A stretch of DNA of 64,000 bases, from NCBI GenBank assembly GCA_964350585.1, contig CAYGKC010000003.1, positions 4,678 to 68,677 on the forward strand. Reading direction: 5' to 3'. The notes beneath the pieces were generated by a model. It was not told where the DNA came from and ran no database searches. It saw nothing but the letters and a program-made list of their open reading frames with translations. Made by a program: the position numbers and the translations under genes. This DNA is from an uncultured Gammaproteobacteria bacterium (GTDB taxonomy: Bacteria; Patescibacteriota; Patescibacteriia; 2-01-FULL-39-33). Shown here piece after piece: positions 56,557 through 64,000 of this stretch. Each line of letters starts with the position of its first letter. The first letter of the stretch is position 1.

Positions 56557-57273
56557 TCATTTTTTCTTCGCTACTGCCACTAAATTAAAGCCTTTGTAAA
56601 AATTGCTTTTTTCGCCTTTGTTTTCATAATACAGTTCTTTAACATCAAATCCTGTTTTCTGCAGTAAATTTCTCATTTCATTTTTTGTAAAATTATGGAT
56701 ATATCTTAAATGACTGCTTCCTTTCTTCCAAGGCACGAAAGCATCCTTGATATTAAAAACTCCTTGAGATGCCTTGTAAGCGAAGTTAAATAAGAATTTT
56801 CTGTATTTGGCAGATCCAAAAATATTCCAATTAGAAATAAATAATGTGGCATTTTTTTTCATTGCCTTGTTTATGTCTTCTAAAGCTTTCAATCGTAAGG
56901 CTTCAGAAGGTATATGATGCAATACAGCGAGTACATAAACCAAGTCAAAATTATTTTTTTGAAGTTGCAAATTCAAAATATCGCCTACCTCAAATCTTAT
57001 ATTATTTTTGACTGCAAATTTTTTCTTTGCTATTTTAATTAATTCTTCACTTACGTCAATTCCTAAATAACTAATTTCACAATCCGCAAACAACTGAGCC
57101 AATCTGCCATTGCCACAGCCAAGATCCAAAATATTATCCCCTTCCTTGGCGCCTAATTTAAACTTATCCAAAATATGCCACCATTTACCTCTGGTTATAT
57201 CAAAATCTGAAGCAATATCATTGTATATATGCTTTGTATTGTTTAAAATTTTTTTAGCAGATTTATTTTTCAT
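56557..57273 (-). CDS. class I SAM-dependent methyltransferase
   Basis: Motif I ILDLGCGNGRLA, with acidic post-I (GIDVSE) and motif II DLVYVLAVLHH. Confidence 0.65.
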   Translation of the reverse strand: MKNKSAKKILNNTKHIYNDIASDFDITRGKWWHILDKFKLGAKEGDNILDLGCGNGRLAQLFADCEISYLGIDVSEELIKIAKKKFAVKNNIRFEVGDILNLQLQKNNFDLVYVLAVLHHIPSEALRLKALEDINKAMKKNATLFISNWNIFGSAKYRKFLFNFAYKASQGVFNIKDAFVPWKKGSSHLRYIHNFTKNEMRNLLQKTGFDVKELYYENKGEKSNFYKGFNLVAVAKKK

Positions 57274-57300
57274 AGGTATTTAAATTGAAATTGTTAAATG

Positions 57301-58917
57301 TTAATATGATCCATTATTTTTAAAAATTACAGAAATTTCATTTTGATAAAAAATAGTAAAGTTTTCATTTGAAATTAAATTATTAATTTCAGCTGATACA
57401 GTTTCCTTATCAACTGGCCATGAGGAATAACTTTTTTCCTTAGACAACAATATATAATCGTATTTATAAAAATTATCTGGAAATAATCCAGCCACGTGAG
57501 AATAATCTAAATGTGGCACGATAGTGTCTTGAGTTAGAACACTTGATCCTCCAGGAATCTGCTTAATAGCTTCCTTGACCAAAATATGTTTGTCGTTTAA
57601 TTTAAAATTTTTCCATGATTTATAATTAATCAAGTTATTAGGAGAAACACAAGTAACAGTTATCGAACAGAGTAGAACAAAAGCAGATAAATAAACAGCC
57701 AAATTTTTTATCGAAATTTTTTTAGTAATCCAACAAATGGAATAAATTGTTGAGAAATAAAGCATGATAGCAACGGGTATGCTGTAATGAAAATTCAAAG
57801 TATACATCGAGGAATGATGGGCCAAAAATCTTTCTAAAAACATTGGCAACACCAACACAAGAAAAACAGGTGATAAAACCGCCAGAAATCCTGTTGAAGC
57901 AAGCGACGCAATTAAGGTTTGTAACTTTCCTTGTTCAAAAAGATATTTCAATGATAGGATTGGAGTTTTTATACTGTCTCCCAAAAAATTTAAAGGATTA
58001 TCTAAAATATAATTGTAAATTCCGTGGACGTATGGAGAACCGTTATTTAAACCAGGCATAAGCAGATAAATAATAAAAAAACAATAAATAATTCCGGTGG
58101 AAATAGTAATTAATCCATGCTTTCTCTCTTTTAAAAATATGGCAAGAAAAATACCAATATATAGCAAATGCAAAAATGCGCTCTCTTTTGAGAGTAAAGC
58201 CAGACAAAGAAATAAATAATACCATTTAAACTTCCTTTCCAATGCAAAATACAGCATAAAACCGTAAAAAGTTGCGAGCCAAGATCCCGGGTGAATAGGA
58301 AAATTTACCGCCGATAAAACACCAAGAAAAAAAACAAATGAAAAACCTAATAAAATCCCTGCAACTCCACTCTTAAGCTTCTTCTTTGCAATTAGGTAAA
58401 TTGGAACAAAACCAAGCGCTATAATCAAAGCCTCTAAACCAAGTAAGACATAAGGACTTTCATAAATCAGGTAAATAATTCCCGGCAATATTAATATAGG
58501 TTCAAAATGATCTGCCATTTTATTTTTAAAAATCAAATTTTCATAATAATTAAATTGCAAACGACCGTAGTGCCATGCAGTGCGATCGTAAATTGCAAAA
58601 TCGAATGCATGAGTTTCAAAATTCCTATGCTGGTTAAAGGTAATGCCCGCATAAAAAACCGTTATCAACAGAACGGCAAAAAATACGATCTTCTTTTGAT
58701 TTCTAGAAATAAATTTTTCAACTATTTTAAAGTCATTCCAAAACAAAAAGTAAAAGAATAGACTTACAGATAATAAAACAGCGAAAATCTGCAACATAAA
58801 AACATTTTTTACCAATTCAGATAGTATGCCCTGATGCGGATTTAAAAATGACAAAAAACCGCTTATTATTAACGGCAATAAAATAATAGAAATTTTAAAG
58901 GTTAATCCTCTCGCCAT
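57301..58917 (-). CDS. large polytopic membrane protein, possibly GT-C-type glycosyltransferase (DUF2079-like)
   Basis: ORF of 538 aa with ≥10 TM helices over the first ~400 aa, then a ~130-aa soluble C-terminal domain. First loop has an acidic THAFDFAIYD motif. Family assignment is inferred from topology and position only. Confidence 0.3.
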   Translation of the reverse strand: MARGLTFKISIILLPLIISGFLSFLNPHQGILSELVKNVFMLQIFAVLLSVSLFFYFLFWNDFKIVEKFISRNQKKIVFFAVLLITVFYAGITFNQHRNFETHAFDFAIYDRTAWHYGRLQFNYYENLIFKNKMADHFEPILILPGIIYLIYESPYVLLGLEALIIALGFVPIYLIAKKKLKSGVAGILLGFSFVFFLGVLSAVNFPIHPGSWLATFYGFMLYFALERKFKWYYLFLCLALLSKESAFLHLLYIGIFLAIFLKERKHGLITISTGIIYCFFIIYLLMPGLNNGSPYVHGIYNYILDNPLNFLGDSIKTPILSLKYLFEQGKLQTLIASLASTGFLAVLSPVFLVLVLPMFLERFLAHHSSMYTLNFHYSIPVAIMLYFSTIYSICWITKKISIKNLAVYLSAFVLLCSITVTCVSPNNLINYKSWKNFKLNDKHILVKEAIKQIPGGSSVLTQDTIVPHLDYSHVAGLFPDNFYKYDYILLSKEKSYSSWPVDKETVSAEINNLISNENFTIFYQNEISVIFKNNGSY

Positions 58918-58993
58918 AATTTAAACATTGCCTGATTCTCTTGATATTATTGTAAATATCATTAATTTACTGTATATTTATTGAAATACGAAC

Positions 58994-60580
58994 ATGGACA
59001 AAAATATTTTATCAGAAGCAATATACAAAATAATTAAATCGAAACCCTTGAATGAAAAGGAGTTTTTTAATACTGCTCGAAAAGAGTTTGGTAAGCTTAA
59101 ATTAAGCACTCCCGAAAAATCACAACTACTATCAGCTTACCATAATTTAGTAAAAAACGGCAAAATTAAAACGAACAAAAATATTGAACGAATATTGACA
59201 AAAAGAGCTGTTCGCACCCTTTCCGGAGTGGCTGTTATTTCAGTTTTGACCAAGCCATACCCATGCACCGGCAAATGCCTTTACTGCCCGACCGAAAAAA
59301 ATATGCCCAAAAGCTATTTATCCAATGAACCAGCGGTAATGAGAGCGATTTTAGCTAAATTCGATCCATTTAAGCAAATTAAAATCCGCTTAAATGCTCT
59401 TAAAGCCAACGGACATCAAACAGATAAAATTGAATTGATTGTAATGGGAGGAACGTGGTCTTGTCATAGCAAGCAATATCAAATTTGGTTTATCAAAAGA
59501 TGCCTTGATGCCCTAAACGGAAAGGTGAGCAAAAATATTGTTCAAGCCCACAAACAAAATCAAACGGCCAAACATCGATGTATCGGCTTAACTCTGGAAA
59601 CTCGCCCCGATTACATAAACAAAGAAGAAATTATCAGAATGAGAAAATTGGGCGCAACCAGAATTGAACTTGGTATCCAACACATAGATGATAAAATATT
59701 AAAACTTAATAGGCGCGGACATAATAACGCAACCAGTATTAAAGCAATAAATCTTTTAAAACAAGCGGGTTTCAAGCTGAATTTTCATATGATGCTAAAT
59801 TTGCCAGGCTCAACACCGGCCAAGGATTTGTCGATGTTTAAAAAATTGTATTCATCCTCAGACTATATGCCTGATATGGTAAAAATCTATCCTTGCGTTG
59901 TTAATGAGCATGCAGATCTATTTAAATTATGGAAAAAAGGGAAATATAAATCTTACAGCGATAAACAACTTAGAAAATTAATAATTCAAATAAAAAAAAT
60001 AACACCTCCTTTTGTTCGTATTACCCGCCTAATAAGAGATATACCAGAAGAAAGCATTATCTCGGGCAATAAAATAACAAATTTAAGACAGCTTATTGCC
60101 AATGAAGCAAAGGGTCATTGGAGCTGCAAATGCATCAGATGCAGAGAAGCAGGACACCTTAAATTAATTTCTAATTTTCAATTTTCAAATTTCAAATTTA
60201 AAAAATTAAAATACCATGCCAACGGCGGAACTGAGTATTTCCTCTCATTTGAATCTCCTGACGAAAAAGTCCTTTATGCTTTTTTACGGCTCCGAGTCGA
60301 CAATAAACCTGAGAAAAATTTTATTCCCGAGCTTCGAGATTCGGCCATTATCCGTGAATTGCACACTTATGGTAAAATGACCGGCATCGGCGAAAGCGGA
60401 AATGATGTTCAACATATGGGCTTTGGCAAAAAACTTTTAGCGGAAGCGGAAAAATTTACTAAGAAAAACGGCCTCAAAAAAATCTCCGTAATTTCTGGAA
60501 TTGGCGTAAGAAAATATTATGAAAAACAAGGCTATAAACTTCAAGGTGAATATATGATTAAAAAATTTATAATAAAATAA
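58994..60580 (+). CDS. Elp3-like radical-SAM + GNAT acetyltransferase (tRNA U34 modification family)
   Basis: Cys cluster PCTGKCLYCP in the radical-SAM core, an Elp3-like central region (…LTLETRPDYI…RIELGIQ…), and a C-terminal GNAT motif (…MGFGKKLLAEAE…). 528 aa. Confidence 0.6.
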   Translation: MDKNILSEAIYKIIKSKPLNEKEFFNTARKEFGKLKLSTPEKSQLLSAYHNLVKNGKIKTNKNIERILTKRAVRTLSGVAVISVLTKPYPCTGKCLYCPTEKNMPKSYLSNEPAVMRAILAKFDPFKQIKIRLNALKANGHQTDKIELIVMGGTWSCHSKQYQIWFIKRCLDALNGKVSKNIVQAHKQNQTAKHRCIGLTLETRPDYINKEEIIRMRKLGATRIELGIQHIDDKILKLNRRGHNNATSIKAINLLKQAGFKLNFHMMLNLPGSTPAKDLSMFKKLYSSSDYMPDMVKIYPCVVNEHADLFKLWKKGKYKSYSDKQLRKLIIQIKKITPPFVRITRLIRDIPEESIISGNKITNLRQLIANEAKGHWSCKCIRCREAGHLKLISNFQFSNFKFKKLKYHANGGTEYFLSFESPDEKVLYAFLRLRVDNKPEKNFIPELRDSAIIRELHTYGKMTGIGESGNDVQHMGFGKKLLAEAEKFTKKNGLKKISVISGIGVRKYYEKQGYKLQGEYMIKKFIIK

Positions 60581-60582
60581 GT

Positions 60583-61455
60583 ATGCGCTTATCAATTGAA
60601 AAAAATTTAAATTCGGTACAAAAAAATACTGAACATATTGTTCCCAATGAAAATATTATTGACATCAAGCCAGAAAAATAAAATTTCGAAACTCCTGTAC
60701 TTGTAGCTCCGGGTTGGGGAAAAATAGTTAAACCTTTTATAGACAATTGTTTAAATGTCATTGCTGAAAGTGGTCGCAGAGTTCTTTCTTTGGATCACCC
60801 AAGGGAGATTAGAATTTCAAACGTTCCGAAAAATGCTCCAACAGAAGAAATACAAAAAGCCGTATCATTATTGGATGTTTTAGAGCAAAAAGATATCGCC
60901 ATAACAGATGCAATTGGACATAGTGAAGGTGGCTTATATCTTGCGTTAGCCGCGTTTATGCATCCAGAGAAATTTAGAAACCTTATTTTTGTAGATCCAG
61001 CAGGCATGATTGGAAAAGATTCTTTTTTAAATCTCGCCTATAGATTCATGATCAAAGAAGGAAAACAAAGCAAACTTCCATCAATAATGATGATGAAAAG
61101 TATGTCCGAATTTATTGCCAGCAATCCTTCAATGGCCTTAAAAGAAATAAAACAATTATCAGAAGCTGACATATACCAAATGATAAAGAGCCTAAAAGAA
61201 AAGGGCATAAATATTTCTTTTGTTTTTGGTAATGACGATAAAGTATTTCCAATGGAGAAGGTACAAGAAACCTATACCCAAAGAAAAGAAAATGGTGAAA
61301 TTAAAGATTTCAAAGACATTCTTAACGGCTTTTACTCGGTCAAAGGCACACATGGTGAATTTATCGGTCATGGAGAGTTGTTGCCACCAAAAAGCTTGCC
61401 CAAAGGAATAAATCATATCCTTGATACGATGGAAAATTTACCAAATAAAAATTAA
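60583..61455 (+). pseudogene. alpha/beta-fold hydrolase interrupted by an in-frame TAA (60679-60681); ORF track only recovers the TTG-initiated 3' part 60790..61455
   Basis: ATG at 60583 opens MRLSIEKNLNSVQKNTEHIVPNENIIDIKPEK, then TAA. The same frame continues NFETPVLVAPGWGKIVKPF…AIGHSEGGLYLA (GHSxG nucleophile elbow). The oxyanion-hole-like PVLVAPGWG lies between the stop and the TTG, so the catalytic core spans the stop. Confidence 0.45.
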
Positions 61456-61471
61456 AAATATTTCTTAAAAT

Positions 61472-61939
61472 ATGGACAATAATAAAAAATTGGAAAAAGA
61501 GCTAGGAACTTTTAAAAGTATGATCGCCTCAGGACCTGTTATTATAAAAAATTTTAACGGGATCCAAAAAACCTTATTAGTAAAACATGGCAACAAACCG
61601 CTCGAAGAATTAAAATGGAAATTCTGCGGTGGAAAAATTTTACCTGGCCTCAGTCTTGAGGAAAATGCAATTAGAAAAGCCAGGGAAGAAATAGGAGTGC
61701 AAGTTAAAATAATAAGATCTCTAAATCCTCTCATTCTTTGGCAGGAAGTCCCCGAAAGCGGAACTGAAAAGCCGGAAGCCACTGTTTTAATCCATTATCT
61801 TGCAGAAATAGAAGAAGATCCGCAAAAAGGAGAAAAAATATTAGATATGGAATGGTTTGATGTAAACAATCTGCCATTCGATAGCGCTCCAAACATCAAG
61901 CCGGTAATCGAGAATTATTTAAACCAATTAAGCATATAA
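61472..61939 (+). CDS. Nudix hydrolase
   Basis: Nudix box GGKILPGLSLEENAIRKAREEIGV (Gx5Ex7REUxEExGU). 155 aa. Confidence 0.75.
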   Translation: MDNNKKLEKELGTFKSMIASGPVIIKNFNGIQKTLLVKHGNKPLEELKWKFCGGKILPGLSLEENAIRKAREEIGVQVKIIRSLNPLILWQEVPESGTEKPEATVLIHYLAEIEEDPQKGEKILDMEWFDVNNLPFDSAPNIKPVIENYLNQLSI

Positions 61940-61953
61940 ATTACTCAAAAAAA

Positions 61954-61982
61954 TCAATGCTTCAGACAGTCTGAAGCATTGA
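61954..61982. terminator. 29-nt perfect palindrome TCAATGCTTCAGACAGTCTGAAGCATTGA flanked by A-run/T-run; bidirectional terminator (copy 2)
   Basis: Identical to 34126..34154. Lies between convergent Nudix and rsmE genes, with AAAA upstream and TTTT downstream. Confidence 0.6.
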
Positions 61983-62007
61983 TTTTCATTTAAATTTAAA
62001 TAGAATA

Positions 62008-62721
62008 TTAATTGTAATTTTGCAGTATCGAAAGAGCATAAATACTTGCTGTTTCTGCCCTTAATATCCTTTTACCCAAACTAACCGCTTTAATTTTATT
62101 TTTCAGCGCATAATCGACTTCTTCTTTTGAATATCCGCCTTCAGGGCCAATAAAAAAATGGACCCTATCGCATCTTAGACTCGTCGGTATTTGCTCTTCT
62201 TCCTCTTGCTCCCAAGCAATAAAGCCACAGCCATTATCATTAGCGGCTATTTGGACTGCACTCTCAAAAACTACCGGCTCTTGAAGTGATGGAATAATAC
62301 ATCCTCCGCATTGTTCCGTTGCTTCTTTGATTATTTCCCCATATCTATTAAACTTTGCCTGCGAAATAGTATCTATAATACACCTTTTGGAAACTACAGG
62401 AACTATCTTAGTTACACCAAGCTCTGTAACTTTTTGCAACATCCATTCGAATTTATCAGCCTTAAGCAAAGACGGATATAGCACTATTTCTTTTTCTAAT
62501 TCTGCTTCTCCTTTCTTTTTGTCTATGATAAGCAATTTAACAAAATTATTTTGCAACTCAATCAGTTGAGACAAATATTCCTCGCCGGAACCGTCAAAAA
62601 ATAAAAATTTCTCGCCTTCTTTTGCCCTTAAAACATTAGATAGTTGCGAGATTAACTTTTTATCAGAAGAATTTATATAATTGCCGGCGAAAGCTTCCGA
62701 AGGCTGGTAAAATCTATGCAT
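62008..62721 (-). CDS. rsmE: 16S rRNA (uracil1498-N3)-methyltransferase RsmE
   Basis: MHRFY N-terminus (PUA-like). C-terminal SPOUT motifs FFIGPEGGYSKEE and LGKRILRAETA. Confidence 0.75.
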   Translation of the reverse strand: MHRFYQPSEAFAGNYINSSDKKLISQLSNVLRAKEGEKFLFFDGSGEEYLSQLIELQNNFVKLLIIDKKKGEAELEKEIVLYPSLLKADKFEWMLQKVTELGVTKIVPVVSKRCIIDTISQAKFNRYGEIIKEATEQCGGCIIPSLQEPVVFESAVQIAANDNGCGFIAWEQEEEEQIPTSLRCDRVHFFIGPEGGYSKEEVDYALKNKIKAVSLGKRILRAETASIYALSILQNYN

Positions 62722-62786
62722 TAGAAATAATTGAATATATTACTGATTTATAGTAATATTATAGCATAATTACGAATATAAGCACT

Positions 62787-64000
62787 ATGAGCTATCAAGA
62801 AATTTTTCATTTGATTAACAGCGAGCTAGAAAGGCAAAAAAACGGCCTTGTTATGATCGCTTCAGAAAATTATGCTTCAGAAGAGGTTTTAAAAGCCATG
62901 GGTTCTCCCCTTTCCAATAAATACTCTGAGGGCTATCCGGCGAAAAGATATTACACCGGAAATCAGTTTATTGATGAAATTGAAAATTTAGCCAAATCAA
63001 ATGCGCTTAAAATGTTTGGTTTGTCAGAAGAAGAATGGTCTGCCAATGTCCAACCGCATTCGGGAAGTAGCGCTAATCTGGCTGCCTACCTCGGACTTCT
63101 TACTCCGGGAGACAAAATCATGGGCATGAACTTAAGCCAAGGAGGACACCTGACACATGGAAGTCCGGTTAATTTTTCAGGAAAACTTTTTAACTTTATC
63201 CATTATGGCGTAAGAGAAGATACAAATTTTTTAGACTATGACGAAATTGAAAAAATCGCCATCGCAGAAAATCCAAAAATGATTGTCTGCGGAGCGACAG
63301 CATATCCTAGAACCATTGACTTCGAAAAATTCAGAGCCATAGCTGATAAAGTCGGCGCCATACTTTTGGCAGATGTGGCTCACATTGTTGGACTTATTAT
63401 TGCTGGAGTTCATGCCTCCCCTTTTCCTTACGCAGATATAGTCACTTCTACAACACACAAAACTTTATCAGGCCCCAGAAGCGCTTTCATTATTTCGCGA
63501 AAAAATTTCTCTGTCCAAATTGATAAAGCTATTTTTCCCGGACTTCAAGGAGGTCCTCTTGATAATATGACAGCAGCGAAAGCGATATGTTTCGCTGAAG
63601 CAATGACGGAAAATTTCAAACAAACTCAAAAGCAAACTATTGCCAATGCGCTAACACTTGCAAGAGTTTTGCAAGATAACGGCATCAAAGTCATTACCAA
63701 CGGAACAGACAATCATTTAATGCTTATTGATTGCAGATCAATAAACCTAATGGGAAAAGAATGCGCTAACCTGCTCGCTGAAGCAGGAATTTATACAAAT
63801 TTCAACACCATTCCTTACGACCCATCGACTCCGTTTAATCCTTCAGGTTTAAGAATGGGTACAGCCGCCTTAAGCAGTCGCAAAATGAAAGAAGAGGAAA
63901 TGAAAACTATCGGTTCATGGATAACGAGTATCCTTAAAAATCCTCAAGACGGTCAAATAAGGCTGGAAATAAAAGAAAAAGTTAAAGAATTAACAAGCCG
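62787..64000 (+). CDS. glyA: serine hydroxymethyltransferase (3' end outside window)
   Basis: ATG at 62787. MIASENYASEEVLKAMGS…YSEGYP…, PLP-lysine motif TTHKTLSGPRS, VQPHSGS. Frame is open to the window end. Confidence 0.9.
   Translation, partial: MSYQEIFHLINSELERQKNGLVMIASENYASEEVLKAMGSPLSNKYSEGYPAKRYYTGNQFIDEIENLAKSNALKMFGLSEEEWSANVQPHSGSSANLAAYLGLLTPGDKIMGMNLSQGGHLTHGSPVNFSGKLFNFIHYGVREDTNFLDYDEIEKIAIAENPKMIVCGATAYPRTIDFEKFRAIADKVGAILLADVAHIVGLIIAGVHASPFPYADIVTSTTHKTLSGPRSAFIISRKNFSVQIDKAIFPGLQGGPLDNMTAAKAICFAEAMTENFKQTQKQTIANALTLARVLQDNGIKVITNGTDNHLMLIDCRSINLMGKECANLLAEAGIYTNFNTIPYDPSTPFNPSGLRMGTAALSSRKMKEEEMKTIGSWITSILKNPQDGQIRLEIKEKVKELTS

Noticed and set aside
60679-60681. Alternative genetic code (stop-codon reassignment) to explain the in-frame TAA
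   Set aside because: TAA, TAG and TGA all terminate well-supported genes in this window (for example radA ends with TGA and clpC with TAA). Standard code 11 fits, so recoding is unlikely; pseudogene or error is preferred.
63231-63458. 75-aa minus-strand ORF
   Set aside because: It lies within the glyA coding region, which has an unambiguous SHMT signature on the plus strand.

Overview
This is an AT-rich, gene-dense bacterial window that uses the standard code (TGA terminates radA at 7646-7648). The mix of very large secreted proteins, minimal metabolism (four-subunit 2-oxoacid:ferredoxin oxidoreductase, fermentative) and Gram-positive-type envelope functions (FemAB) looks like a small-genome Patescibacteria/CPR-like organism; that lineage call is inference.

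Housekeeping genes supported by motifs are ClpC-type ATPase (5' truncated), radA, recG, rsmA, leuS, uvrA, porGDAB, secG, an OppA-like binding protein, RNase J, speH-like AdoMet decarboxylase, trpS, a phosphohexomutase, Elp3-like, a Nudix hydrolase, rsmE and glyA (3' truncated). There are four tRNAs: Arg, two Ser, and Leu.

The accessory content is the main interest:
- A ~20 kb, 10-gene minus-strand operon (10585-30724) combines VirB3/VirB4/VirB6/VirB8-like type IV secretion components with comFC, a 3088-aa cysteine-rich secreted giant protein, and a Ca-binding repeat protein. I propose it is a Gram-positive-type or ComB-like T4SS, possibly for DNA uptake or cell-cell attachment.
- leuS is 1187 aa because a complete Nudix domain and a complete RBBP9/YdeN-type serine-hydrolase domain are inserted in frame. 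Two GC-rich palindromic repeat copies are also translated in frame within it.
- Two adjacent secreted cell-wall hydrolases (SLT lytic transglycosylase and M15-type peptidase) share a 100% identical 436-bp pilin-like N-terminal module in tandem.

Smaller observations include a repeated 29-nt terminator palindrome, por operon insertions, CxxS DsbA paralogs, tandem metallophosphoesterases, and an alpha/beta hydrolase interrupted by an in-frame TAA. No rRNA, CRISPR array, transposase or integrase was recognised.
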